Below are positions 39,383 to 52,937 of a stretch of 63,608 bases of DNA, piece by piece. Source of the stretch: Lama glama (Eukaryota). The DNA is taken from assembly GCA_028534125.1 (NCBI GenBank), contig CM052817.1, positions 31,312,001 to 31,375,608 of the forward strand, written 5' to 3'. A program made the translations under genes and the position numbers. Below the pieces are notes generated by a model. It was not told the origin of the DNA and did not search any database. It saw only the letters and a list, made by a program, of their open reading frames with translations. The first letter of the stretch is position 1; the number at the start of each line of letters is the position of its first letter.

Positions 39383-42300
39383 TTTTTTTAATTTAAGTAT
39401 AGTTTAGTTTCAGATACACAGCAAAGTGATTGTTATACATATATATATTTTTTTTCTTTCAGATTCTTTTCCATTATGGGTTATTATAAGATATTAAATA
39501 TAGTTCCCTGTGCTATATACTTTGTTGTTTATATATTTTATATATAGTATTGTGCATCTGTTTATCCAAACTCCTAATTTATCCCTCTCCCCACTTTCCC
39601 CCTTGGTAACTGTAAGTTTGTTTTTTATGTCAGTGAGTCTATTTCTGGTTTTTAAATAAGTTCATTTGTATCATTTTTTTAGATTCCACATATAAGTGAT
39701 ATCATATGATATTTGTCTTTGTTTGGCTTACTTCATTTAGTATGATTATCTCTAGGTCCATTCATGTTGCTGCAGATGGCATTATTTCATCCTTTCATAT
39801 GGCTGAACAATATTCTGTTGTGTATGTACCACATCTGCTTTACCTAGTCATCTGTGGATGGATATTCAGGTTGCTTCCATGTCTTGGCTATTGCAAATAG
39901 TGCTACTATAAACATTGGTGTGCATGAACCTTTTTTAATTAGAGATTTTGTCTTTTCTAGATATATGTCTAGTAGTGGGATTGCTGGATCATATGGCAAC
40001 TCTATTTTTAGATTTTTAAGGAAACTCCATACTGTTCTCCATAGTGGCTATATCAATTTACATTCCCATCAATAGCGTAGGAGGGTTCCTTTTTCTCCAC
40101 ATCCTCTCCAGCATTTATTATTTGTAGACTTTTTGATGATGGCCATTCTGGCTTGTATGAAGTGATACTTCATTGTAGTTTTGATTTGCTTTTCTCTAAT
40201 AGTTAGTGATGTTGAGCATCTTTTCATGTGCTTGTTGGCCATTTGTATATCTTGTTAAAAGAAATGTCTATTTAGGTCTTCTGCCCATTGTGTTTGGTTT
40301 TTTGATGTTGAGTTGTATAAGCTGTTTGTATATTTTGGAAATTAATTCTGTCGGTCGCATCATTGGCAAATAATTGTCTTTTCATTTTGTTTATGACTTC
40401 CTTCGCTGTGCAAAAGCTTTTAAGTTTAATTAGATCCCATTTGTTTATTTTTGCTTTTATTTCCATTACTCTAGGAGACAGATCCAAAAAAAATATTGCT
40501 TTAATTTATGTCAAGGAAGATTCTACCTATGCTATCCTCTAGGAGTTTTATAGTACCTGGTCTTACATTTAGGTCTTTAATACATTTTGAGTTTATTTTT
40601 GTATATGGTATTAAAGAATGTTCTAATTTCATTGATTCACATGCAGCTGTCCAGTTTTCCCAGCACCATTTACTGAAGAGACTTTCTTTTCTCCATTGTA
40701 TATTCTTGCCTCCTTTGTCATAGATTAATTGAAAATAAGTGTGTAGTGTAGGTTTATTTCTGGGCTTTCTATCCTGTTCCATTGAGCTGTCTGTTTTTGT
40801 GGCTGCATCATACTGTTTTGATTACTGTAGCTTTGTAATATAGTTTGAAGTCAGGGAGCATGGTTCCTCCAGCTCTGTTCTTCTTTCTCAGGATAGTTTT
40901 AGCTGTTCTGGGTCTTTTGTGTTTCCATACAGATTTTTAAATTATCTGTTCTAGTTCTGTGAAAAATGCCATTGGTTTGTAGGGACTGCACTGAATCCGT
41001 AGATTGCCTTGGGTAGTATGGTCATTTTAATAATATTGATTCTTCCAGTCCCACAGGGATGTGAAACCCACGTGTCCAGAGCTGAAAAGCTGGTGGCTGT
41101 TTTGAAGAATCAAGGATTAGTATATTAAACTTTGGTAAACTTTTCTAACTTAAAGCCTTCCTATCTGGAGAAAGACAATAAAATGCTTTCTATTAAAAAC
41201 AAATAATAATATTGATTCTTCCAATCCAAGGACACAGTATATCTTTCTATCTGTTTGTGTCGTCTTCAATTTCTTTCATCAGTATCTTATAGTTTTTGGA
41301 GTACAGGTCCTTTTCTTCCTTGAGTAGGTTTATTCCTAGGTATTTTATTCTTTTTGATGTGATGGTAAATGGGACTGTTCATTTCTCTTTCTGATATTTT
41401 ATTGTTAGTGTATAGAAATGTAACAGATTTCTGTATATTAATTTTGTATCCTGCAACTTTACCAAATTCATTACGAGCTCCAGTGACATCTTTAGGATTT
41501 TCTATGCATAGTATCATGTTATCTGCAAGCAGTGACAGTTTTACTCCTTCCTTTCCAATTCGGATCCCTTTTATTTCTTTTTCTTCTCTGATTACTACAG
41601 CTAAAACTTCCAAAACTATGTTGAATAAAAGTGGCAACAGTGGGAATCCTTTTCTTGTTCCTGATCTTCAAGGGAATGCTTTCTGCTTTTCACTGATGAA
41701 TATGATGTTAGCTGTGAGTTTGTCATATATGGCCTTTATTATGTTGAGGTATGTCCCCATTATGCCCACTTTCTGGAGAGTTTTTATCATAAATGGATGT
41801 GGAATTTCATCAGAATTTTTTTCTGCATCTATTGAGATGATCATATGATTTTTAATCTTCAATTTGTTAATGTTATGTATCACATTGATTGATTTGCAGA
41901 TATTGAAAAATCCTTGCATTGCTGGGATAAATCCTTGATCATGGTGTATGATCCTTTTAATGTATTGTTGAATTCAGTTTGCTAGTATTTTGTTGAGGAT
42001 TTTTGTATCTATGTTCTTCAGTGATATTGGCTTGTAATTTTCTTTCTTCCTTTTCTTTTCTTTTTCTTTCTTTTTTTTTTGATATCTTTGTCTGGCTTTG
42101 GTAAAAGAGTGATGATGGCCTTGTAGAATGAGTTCAAAAGTGTTCTTTTCTCTGCAATTTTGGGGAATGCTTCCAGAAGGATAGGTATTAACTCTTCTCT
42201 AAATTCACCTGTGAAATCATCTTGTCCTGGACTTTTGTTGGGAGTTTTTAAATTACTGATTCAATTTCAGTACTTGCAATTGGTCTGTTCATATTTTCTA

Positions 42301-42550
42301 TTTCTTCCTGGTTCAAGTTTAGGAGGCTGTACCTTTCTAAGAATTTGTCTATTTCTTCTAGGTTGTCCATTTTATTGGCATATAGTTGCTCATAGTAGTC
42401 TCCTGTATTTTTGTGGTGTTGTTGTAAATTCTTTTTCATTTCTGATTTTATTTATTTGGGCCCTCTCCCTTTTTTTCTTAATGAGTCTGGCCAACAGTTC
42501 ATCAATTTATTCATTTTTTTCAAACAAACAGCTTTCAGTTTCATTGATCC
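39383..42550 (-). mobile_element. 5'-truncated L1 (~3.1 kb): disrupted ORF2 RT region plus 3'UTR, inside older L1M sequence
   Basis: ORFs 41668..41919, 41287..41637, 40501..40782, 40272..40487 and 42248..42439 are consecutive ORF2 pieces ([31 protein letters not shown]). Confidence 0.95.
41048..41204 (+). pseudogene. Mini retrocopy (mRNA 3' end) nested inside an L1
   Basis: Perfect 19-bp TSD aataatattgattcttcca at 41029-41047 and 41205-41223; open frame to TAA 41126-41128; AATAAA 41177-41182; A-rich tail. Confidence 0.75.
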
Positions 42551-42725
42551 TTTTCCTAATTTTTCCTATTAATATGATGAGCTACATTAATAAATTATTT
42601 TAATAGTTATGGAATAAATTCTTCTTGATTATGGTAAGTTCTTCTTTTTATATGCTATTGAATCCTAGCTGCTAATATTTTATTTTGAATTTTTACATTA
42701 AAAATATTGCATTATATTAAAAAAA

Positions 42726-42895
42726 ACAAGATTATACTGTATAGCACAGGGAAATATACACAAAATGTTATGGTAGCTCACAGAGAAAAAAATGTGACAA
42801 TGAGTGTGTATATGTCCATGTATGATTGCAAAATTGTGCTGAACACTGGAATTTGACACAACATTGTAAAATGACTATAAATCAATAAAAAATGT
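42726..42895 (+). mobile_element. Young L1 3'-end insertion with perfect flanking duplication
   Basis: ttaaaaatattgcattatattaaaaaaa repeated at 42698-42725 and 42896-42923. Confidence 0.85.
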
Positions 42896-42951
42896 TTAAA
42901 AATATTGCATTATATTAAAAAAATAAATTTTATACTTTGAGAAAGAATTTT

Positions 42952-43268
42952 AATTTTTAAATTTTTTCTTAAATACCATTTTTTTTTATTATGGCATACC
43001 CCCCACATATTTTAACATCTCTAAAACTGAAATCCATCTGATAATCAACGGAGTCTCTTAGTTTGTGGTAATATTTTGTTCTTATTATTGCTATATAAAA
43101 TAATGCCATGTTTCAAAATATATGGAATTGTTTTATTGTCACTTACAAATACATGCTTTTTAAAACTTTTTTTTACTGAAGTACAGTCAATTACAAGGTG
43201 TCAATTTCTAGTATACAGTACAATGTCCCAGTCATGTATATACATACATATATTCATTTTCATATTTT
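42952..43268 (-). mobile_element. L1 3' fragment plus ~200 bp of 3'-transduced sequence
   Basis: 16-bp TSD tttgagaaagaatttt at 42936-42951 and 43269-43284; L1 3' end at ~43165-43268; second AATAAA at 42985-42990. Confidence 0.7.
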
Positions 43269-43464
43269 TTTGAGAAAGAATTTTTAATAGTCAATAACTG
43301 TTAATTTTTTCACATACTTTTCAACTCTTTTGGTATCATAGGATTGTTAGCAACACATCTGGAAAGAATCAAAAGATGCTTCTTTTAGAGAATTCATTGC
43401 TTTGTTGATTTTCAAACATGAATATTTGAATAAAAATTTATGAATCAATAGGGAACAATTGCTT

Positions 43465-43625
43465 TTATTTTATTTCATTTTGTTACTTATTTATTTAGGG
43501 TTTTTGGAAGGGAGGAGGTAAGTAGATTATTTATTTAGCTTTTTTTTTAATGGAGGTACTGGGGATTGAACCCAGGACCTTGTGTGTGCTAAGCATGCAC
43601 TTACCACTGAGCGATATCCTCCCCC
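43465..43625 (-). mobile_element. Vic-1-like tRNA-Ala SINE
   Basis: Reverse complement of the same head (tggaggtactggggattgaacccagg...). Confidence 0.88.
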
Positions 43626-44399
43626 AAAAAAGAAAGAGCTGCTTTTAGGAAATAAGTTTCAGCTTTTGTTTTCAGCTGAATCATAAACATTTCTCACTTA
43701 GTAGGGCTGTAAAGAACTTCACAAAGATAAAGCAAAGCAAACAATTGGGAAAATCTCATGAACAATTCAGGCAAAGTTAACTTGGAACATAAACTATGAA
43801 TGCCCAGTAAGCAATCTATTCTCTTGATTGACGTCAGGCTCTGACTTAGGTTCAAAGCCTGCCTCTACCACTTACTAGATGAAAGAATTCAAGTGAGTTT
43901 TTTAATCTTACTGAACCTCAGTTTTTACATCTATAAAATCAGAATAAAATCTTTTTTATATCAAATAGCAGAAAAGATATGCTGTGCACCCTCACCTATA
44001 AACCCACACATACAAACACAATTAACTATGAAGCAGTGGTTCTCTAAATTTAGTATGAATAACACCTGTGAAGTTTGTTTAAAATGCAGATTCCAGGGCC
44101 CAGGTCTCAGAGTCCAAATGAGGTAGGATGTGGGGGATGGGAATCTACAATTGTACCAAGCACTGTAAGTAATTCTATTTCAAGCAGTTCCTGAATCACA
44201 CTTTAAAAACGATTACTCTGTGCTATTGGCCCTTGGTGCACCACCCCAATCATATTTGCATTTCTGAATACAGTAGTGGGAGAGATAAAATAATGGTCAA
44301 GAAAGTCTTCAAGGTAGATGTTACCTGTCTGACATTTCAGGTCTGCAAATATGAAGCCTTTAGGATCAGTTCTGCAAGACAAAATTCACAAACCACTAA

Positions 44400-45000
44400 C
44401 ACAACATAAAGTTAATTTCATAACTTAAGATATATAGATTTAAATTTGAAAAACAATCAAATTCACTATATTAATAGCAAAAAAGATGAGAAAACTCACA
44501 TGATCATTTCAACAGATGTAGAAAAATCATTTGACAAATTCAATACCTATTCATAATAAAAATTTTTAGCAAACTAGGAATAGAAGGAAAATTTCTTAAC
44601 CAGATAACTTCCTCAATGCACATAAAACCTACAGCTGATATCGTAACTAATGATGAAACACTGAACATGTTCCCCCTGAAGTCAAGAACAAGGTAAGGAT
44701 ATTCTAGAGGTATCCAAATTGTACTGGAGGTTCTAGCTCTTGCAGTAAGCGAAAAGAAAAAAGAAAAGAAAAGAAAAGGAAGGAAGGAAAGAAAGAGCAT
44801 CCATATTGGAAAAAAGTAAAACTATATTTTCAGATGACATGATAATATATGTAAACAACCTTAAAGAATCTACGAAAGAATATTAGAACAAATAAGTGAA
44901 CTTAGCAAGATCACAGGACAAAAAAAATCAGTGTAAAAAAGTTATTTTCATTTCAGTATATTAGCAATAATTAGAAAATGAAACATATACATCCCAAGAA
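44400..45000 (+). mobile_element. Old L1M ORF2 fragment
   Basis: cacatgatcatttcaacagatgtagaaaaatcatttgacaaattcaa (HMIISTDVEKSFDKIQ), ttttcagatgacatgata (FSDDMI). Confidence 0.8.
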
Positions 45001-45244
45001 ATTAATGTCTATGTCGAATTTAATAAATAAATACCATGTACAAAGTTCTCTGCCAGATGCTGTAAGAAGGAAGCCATATGACTATGGCCCTAAAGAGCTC
45101 ACAGCTAGTATTGGGGAGCAAGAGTACTACACTGAACAAAAGGTTTGGGACCCACAAAAGAAGCTAAAAGAAGTGTCCATAATTGTCAGTCACGTCTTCA
45201 GTTTCCAAGATTATCTTTTCTTTGTTTCAAAATTAGTGGACATT

Positions 45245-45690
45245 TTAATAGTGTTATGAGAAAAATTTGATAACTGGAAAAGGGGAAATTTGGATACAAA
45301 GACACACACAGAGGGAAGACCAAATGGAGAGACACAAAGAAAACACTATATGAAGATGGAGGTTCGAACTGCTTTGCTATATGCACCTGAAACTAACGTT
45401 GTAAATTGACTGCACTTCAATAAAAAATAAGAATTTTTTTTAATTTTAAAAAATTTTTAAAAAGATAGAGTTTTGGAGTAATACATCTACAAGAGAAGGA
45501 ATGCCTGAGGCTACCAGAAGCTAGAAAAGAGGCATGGAACAGATTCTTCCCTCTTGCCTTCAAAGGGAACATGGTCCTACCAACACCTTGATGTGGTACT
45601 TCTGGCTTCTAGAACTGAAACAATACATTTCTGTTGTTTTAAGCCACAAAGTTTAGGTTAGTTTGTTACAGCAGTCCTAGAAACTAATAC
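45245..45690 (+). mobile_element. MLT1 (MaLR) LTR interrupted by a short L1 3' end (~45362-45460)
   Basis: ccagaagctaga...aggcatggaacagattcttcc...tttgttacagcagtcctagaaactaataca. Confidence 0.8.
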
Positions 45691-46934
45691 AAGGTGGAAA
45701 GGGATCTGGAGGGTCAAATAGTCAGAATCCAGCACATAGAGGCAGGTCAGGACTTGGGTGCTGTGTGAGCTAAGAGGAGATGCACCTAGTCCTCTGCAGG
45801 GGGCTTGAGATAAAGCTTCCTGAAAAGGCAAGGCTTGAGGGAGCTTGGACAAAGAGCAGGCACCTCCAAGGCATGCTACAGTGTGGACCAGGATTCTAGA
45901 ACAAAGCAGTAGCAAATACTAAAAGCAAACATGTGAGAGAGCAGAGTGTCTTCAGGTAATCACAGCAGATCAAATGGAGGAAAATACAGTTCTGTGAATA
46001 AATGATAAGAAAAGAGGTGGAGAGGAAGACAGGGGTTAATTCACTAGATGCATTGAATGCTCTGTTACCTTAACGAAGATGAGGAGTCACTGGAGAACTC
46101 TAAGTGGGGCTATAGGCGAGGCAACAGGAAGGAGCTGGGGAAAATTTGTGGAAGGGTTACTGGTATCCTTGGGTCACAACTGATGCAATAGCGCACACGG
46201 TGCTGTGATCTTCTCCACCGTGCCTAGCAGTTCAGGTAGGAAAGAGCCCCAAATATCACCTGGAATGATCTAGACTGGGGTCAGTGGCTGGGATAGAGGG
46301 ACAAGGGGGCAGAGGAGGTAAGTAGGTTGTGAAAGACTCAAGCCTTTCCTAAATCAAAGAAAATAAAAAATCACATCTTAAGCTGAAATGGGGAGGGGAT
46401 TCTGGGAAGGGAGGATTTGCGAGAAAATTGAAGGTCAAGGGGACAAATACCCCAAGAAGTTTGAAGAACAGGTCTAGTGGGAAAGAGAGTAAGAGCTGGA
46501 AGCAGAGGAGGCTGCATTCAGGAAATAAGATACTGCACTGAAGGTTATAGCTGTGGAGGTGAAGCAGCTCTGAGCCAAGGACTCGGGTGATGACAGTGGA
46601 GTGGCAGAAGGAAAGGGAAGAAAAGGACTTGTGAAGCTAAGGACTCAGATCATATTTCATAGCTGTGGAGGTTGCCCAGAATGATGGTGAGACACAGTAC
46701 GAAAGGGACATCTGTACAGCAGGTGCCAAATTATTTGATGAAGGTGGAGCAGCAACGAGGCAGTCAGTAGATGCCCAAGACAAAGATTAGAAAGACAAGC
46801 TTCAGTGGGAAAAGACAAGGGTGTAGTGAAGGAGAGGCAGGAAAATGTCAGTTTCTTTCTAAGGGGATCAGGTGTGTCTAGTCTGTGCATCATCAGAATC
46901 TGTCCAAATTCTAAACAGTTCTTCAGAATTAAAA

Positions 46935-47190
46935 TTTTTTTTAATTTTTATACAATTTTAAAGGTTACTTTTCACTTACAGTTACTATAAAATATTGGCT
47001 ATCCTTCCACCCTACACCCAATAGTTTGTGCCTCCCGCTCCCTCCTCCCTATATTACTCCTTCTCCCACACAGGTAACCACTGATTTGTTCTCCAAAGCT
47101 GTGAGTTTGCTGCGTTTCTGTTATATTCACTATTTTGTCCTAGTTTTTAGATTCCACATATAAGCAATATCATACAGTATTTCCCTTTGT
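46935..47190 (-). mobile_element. L1 3'UTR fragment
   Basis: ggtaaccactgatttgttctc...tttttagattccacatataag; T-rich left end. Confidence 0.75.
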
Positions 47191-49238
47191 CTAAGTGAAA
47201 CATTTCTGATTGCTTCAGTGAGAAAGCCTCTGGGAAGTGTTAATGACTCCTTCCCACCCGGGTGTGACAGATTGAGGCAGCATGAGGTCAGGCAATAAGA
47301 AAGAACTTCTATACCTCGCCCGTTCTGCGCATCAGTCCACCCCTTTCAGCCTCTATACATAGTTTGAGACGATAGAGACAAAGAGAGAAAAGTAAGAAAG
47401 GTGTACTGAGCGCCTGCTTCGGGTCAGGCATTACGTTAGGTCGGCATATTTAATCCACGTAAGAATCTGCAGCATGGCTTCATACGAAGCTGAGAGGTTC
47501 CATGATTTGCTTGGGGTCACTTGACTTTAACTGCTGAGCTGTCAGGCAAAACCAGGCTGCAAAGCCCAACCTCAACCCAGACAGCTCCGAAAAGGCATGA
47601 TATGGGAACTCAATTACCAGCGGCCCTAAGTGACACTTACTTGTCTCTGCTTCATTCCTATCAGTGTGGTCTTCTCCATGGTGTGTGCCTTTTGGGTTCA
47701 GTCGATTATTTACAATGCAGTGACGTAAACTCAACCAGCATGCCTTAAAACATTGACTTAAGCAAAGGGGGTTTTTAACTTCCAGTGATATTCTTTAGGA
47801 GCCCAAGCTGTCCCCCAAATAATACACTTAAAAAAAAAGTTGATTTGGTAAATAAGTATAGCTTTAAAATAAGTTCCTAGCCTCCACTTCTTACCAGATA
47901 GCTGCCCCTAAGCCCTTACTGTGTAGAAATTCTGAATCCACTATTGTCCTTAGGAAAAATAATACCAGAAAGGATTTTTCTATAGTTTCACTAGACTGAA
48001 CTCCTTAAGAGAAGAAATAGTTTTTGTTTTGTGTTTCATTCATAAATATCCTTAGAATTTAGAACTGTGCTTCGAACCCAGCAAGTACTCAGTGACGTTG
48101 GTGGAAGGAATGAATAAGCGGATGAATGAAGGTTGGAGGGAACGGGAGTGGAAGTGATGGGGACTGAATCCCAGCCATCTTTGCTTTGCTATACGCCAGC
48201 CTCTTTATTAAAATCTTCTTCCCCATCTCTGAAGCTCTGTCTGCACCAGCAATTTTTCCCACTGCGCCCTTCCATCTATAGTCATAGGAGTACCACATAT
48301 TACATAGAAATTAGTAATATGCACAGGCTCCCATTCGGCATCCTGTGCTGCTGAGAAACAGAGGGGTTCATACTTTCACCCACTTTCTTTCATGAAGTTC
48401 TGCCTTCACTTTGATGTAGGTATCTCCCAATTTCACACAAACAGCCCTGACCACCTTCCTTAACTCCTGTGCCACATTTCACCCATTTATTCAGTACAAA
48501 CATGTTGAATGCCACCTGTCGGCCAGCCTCCTTTCATTTAATTTCTGGAGCATCCACTTCAGAGCCCTGTGTCTAGTGTATCAAAAGACGGACCTTTACT
48601 TCTTTCCGTGTCCAACCAGCTCTCCTTTCTGACCTGACTATTTCTGGCTGCAGAATTGCTGTTCCCTCACGCACCTAAATTCATTTAGAACTTGGAGTTA
48701 GTTCCCTTTGACTCTTTCCTTCCCACTCAGTCACTCTGTCAAGTCTTACGTGTCCTACTTCGCAGTTGCTCCTGCCTGCCCTGCCACTTTTTCATTCTAA
48801 TTATCGCTAGGGCTTGTCAGGTGCTTGTTACCTCTTATCTTTGACTAAGTCTTTTAGCTGATTTATTCATTCCCAGCCTCACCCTTCCTCCAGTTCATCC
48901 TGCGAAGTACTCCCAAATTAATCTTCTTAAGGAGCATACAGTAACATATTCTTGTTCTAGAACTTTCAAGATTTCACCATTGTCTCCTGAATTATTAGCC
49001 GTTCTTCTTGCAACGAAGACCATATCTGCCTGCCGCCCTTCCTCTCAACTTCTTCCTACTCTTTTATTCCTTCCAAAAAGGTGAGATGAAATACCATATA
49101 GTCATTAGAAATAAAAAGACACCTCTAGATGAACAGGTATTGGAAATCCTCAAAGATACAGTATATCACCTTATGTAGGAAAAAAAAAAGATTCGAGTGT
49201 GTATAAGAGAAAAAGATGAAACAAGAAAGAGGTTGTAA

Positions 49239-49370
49239 GGGGGAGAGTATAGCTCAGTGGTACAACATGCTTAGCATGCATGAGGTCCTGGGTTCAATCC
49301 CCAGTGCTTCCATTAAAAATAAATAAACAAACAAACAAACCTAATTCCCCCTCCCCTCCCCCCAAAAAAG
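49239..49370 (+). mobile_element. Vic-1-like tRNA-Ala SINE
   Basis: Same head and tail; TSD-like aaga(a/c)agagg. Confidence 0.88.
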
Positions 49371-52300
49371 ACAGAGGCAATGGTGACTACCTGCCCCTGA
49401 AGAAGAAGAACTATGGATGGGACTGGGCAATAGGAGTGGAAGGGAGGACACTGTACTTTCTGAATATTGTATTATGTAAATTAATGACTTAGTGGGTATG
49501 CATAGTGACCCCATTTTAAAATGCAAAACAGTATAAAAATTATATCATCCATACTTCTACCACCAGGAGTTAACAACATCCACTTTTGTCTTTTGTCATA
49601 TTTGCTTCCCCACCTTACATAGCACATGAAAAGCAATAAAACTTTATGCCTAAAGTGAAAGCTCTTTTAGCAGCCACCTCCCAGTCCTAGCTTTGTCTTC
49701 CCTGTACCCTCTACCCAGAAGCAACCACTACTGTAAGTTTGGTGTGTATCCTGCCAGCCCTTTGCATCTTTTTACATACCTACATAAGCATCCAGAACCA
49801 ATGTATAGTTTGGGACACGTTGTTTAAGTATATAAAGCAGTGTCTTCCTCTGTGTATAATTCTACAACTTGCTTTTTTCACTCAAAATTATTTTTTGAAA
49901 ATTATCTATGTTAATATACATAGAGCTATTTCATATTATAATATTGTTTGTTAATATTGTAACTTATATACATCATATTATATTCCTTTTTTCTCATATT
50001 TCTCCTATTAATTAAAAAGTGCTTCTTTCCAGTTTTTTTGCTATTATGAACAGTGCTGCAATAAAAATCCTTTGCATGTCTCCTTAGATGCATGTGCAAG
50101 AGCAGTCATTATGTCTATATCCAGAAGAGAAATTGCTAGATCTAGTTTCTGTTTATCAGAGCCAGTCAAATCGCTGCCCATGGTCATGTATCATTTAATA
50201 TTCTGTGAGCCTTGTACAGGTGTATCATTTCCCCCACATCCTGACCAATCCTTAATATTGTCAGATTTTAAGGGGTTTTTTTTCCAATTTGATGAGAGAC
50301 ATTTATTTGCACTATGGTTTTTGATTTGCATTTACTAATGAAGTTGGACAAACTCTCATGTGTCTGTTAGTCACTTAGATTTCTTCTTTGTGAATTAGAT
50401 GTTTATATTATTGGTCAATTTTTTCAGTTGGGTTCATTCATCCATTTAACACATATTTAATGCCTGCTAGGTGTCAGGCTTTATTATTATTATCCCCCAT
50501 GTGAATATGTATCCCTGGTCCTCTGACTATTAATTATCCTTTAATTTTACCTTTCTGGATATAAACATAAAATTCTGTCATTTACGAAAGCCATTCATGT
50601 ACTTTACTAACCTGTACATGCCTTAAATCATTTAGCGGCAAATATTTGCTTACCAGTTTATGGCTTACAAAACAACCTAACTCCTATCTATAATCACATT
50701 TAATTATCAACACAACTATGTTGTAATTCGTAATACGCTTTATTATTAAAGGCAGTGAACTACTTCTGGATAATTCTGAAAACTGAACAGAGGAATTCAG
50801 TTTGAAAGGCTGGCAGAGTACACAGACTTTAAAGCATCATGTTTAAACAAAGACAGTTGCATATTATGCAGCTCAGAGCACCCACATCACTTAATTATTT
50901 GAAGACAGCCAAAGATGACTCAGCATGCATGAGGATTCCTGTGTGTTGGGTGCTTTCCATAGTGGAATTCTCTGTGAATGTTCCAAAAGATTTGGATAAA
51001 TGCTGTATTTGTTATTTACAAATTATTTTGTTATATTGACACTAATAAGTATGTACCTTTTTTAAAAAAAAATGATGCCCTCTTCTTCTTAGTGCAAACC
51101 TTTTTTTTTTTAATCTTCTCTAAAGAAGGTACTCTAATCTGTAGATGCAACCAGTAAAATTCAGGCCTCATAGAAAAGTGCAGAACAATATGCAGTGAAT
51201 TGTAAACAACAGTTACCTCTGGAGAGTAGATCTCTGTATTCTTTGAATTTTATACAATGAGAACCTATTAATTTTATAATAAAAGTGTATTTTTTCATCT
51301 CGATATTTTTTCTCAAAAGAACATTATTTAACAACTTGTAGAACTGTTCATGATATAGTGTTAAGCAGAAAAAGCAGGTTGTTAAGCAGTATTTACAGTA
51401 TCATCTCTTTTTATGAAAAATTCTGTATATGTGCACAGAAAGGATAAGCACTTTAATGTTAAACATGTTAAGTTTTTATGGGTAGGATCATAATTTTTTG
51501 TTTTGTTTTCTTCTTTGTGTTCTTCTGAATTTTCTCCTAATTTACTTTTTTAATGAGTAAAAAGAAGGTAGTATTTTTAAATGGGATTTTGTTTAGTAGC
51601 AAAAATAATTTGTGTTAGCACTTTTGCTTCAAAATAATGTTTTCTAGTCCTTGCCCAATCTCAGTATCCACTGCAGACTAAGGTTGTTTCTTAATATTGA
51701 ACAATGCTCGCAGGGTTGTGTAAACATCCAGAACAGGCTTTGCTGGCTCTGCCACAGAGAGGTGGCCAGTGCCTGAAAACAGCCATTCCTTGCTTGGCGA
51801 AGACTTGGGTTCTGGCCCCAGCTCTTCATCAAAGTGCCAGTGAGATGCTGGCAGAGAGCTCTCTGAGCCTCAGTTTCTACCTCTGTAAAGTGGAGAAGCT
51901 AATGCCCACCCTGCCTACTGTACTGATTCTCTACGGGGAGCTAATGAAAAATCCATGCAAAACACTATGGAAGGCTGTGAAGAGTTACACAAACGCAAGT
52001 TGATGGTGTCATTATATAATCCGCAAACTTGGAGAGAGAGACAACCATCAGCTTTCTTGTGGAGATGAAGAGAGCTAAAATGCTTAAAATAATCTTTCTG
52101 TAACCCCTCCCTCCTTGAACTATGACTTTGAGAAGTCAAATTTGTCAAACCAACGATTTAATAATTATCTTTATAAATGTGAAAAGGAATGTATGTATAT
52201 ATATATGGATGACTGAAACATTATGCTGTATGCCAGAAATTGACATGACATTGGAAACTGTCTATACTTCTATAAAAAATTATCTTCACAGAATCAGAAG

Positions 52301-52833
52301 AAAACTGTGATTCCCAGGAAGACTAAAACAGAACTGACACAACACTGTTGCTATATGCGTGCATAATAAACACAGGGACCTTTCAGCCTCATTAAGTTAA
52401 CCGATCAACTTACAAAGAAAACACAACACTTTCTCAGAAAGAAACGATTTCAATAAGGAGGTCATTATTACCATAGCTATTATCATCACCTTTAAAATCC
52501 ACTGAAAATTTACAAAGCAGCTACCACAAAGTCTCAATTACTCAAAAGCTAATTAATAAAACCAAATATGTTTTCCAGACTCCTTTATTCAGCCAAAACA
52601 TTTTAGAAGAAAACACAATGATATAACAGAGTGATTTAAATGCCAGAAAAAATAAGCAGCATAAGAGCAAAAACTCCTTGCTCACTACTCCATTCCCAGT
52701 GACCAGAACTAGGAATGTTTTTCAAATAAATTTAAAGACTTGATTACAACAATAAAATCATATACACTATGACCCTGTGGCATCATGAGACCTTACATAA
52801 TCAAAGAAAGTTTTCTTTAGAGTCAATGTGTTA

Positions 52834-52937
52834 GGAGGGAGGGTATAGTTCAAGTGGTAGAGTGCATGCTTAGCATGCACTAGGTTCTAGGTTCAATCCC
52901 CAGTAGCTCCATTAAAAAAAAAAAAAAACTAATAAAC
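52834..52937 (+). mobile_element. Vic-1-like tRNA-Ala SINE, short form
   Basis: TSD agag(t/a)caatgtgtta at 52819-52833 and 52938-52952. Confidence 0.88.

Noticed and set aside
39706..42603. RT-like and hydrophobic ORFs as an active retroelement or new RT system
   Set aside because: Fragmented L1 ORF2 and its antisense frames; catalytic FADD reads LADN; no ORF1 or 5'UTR
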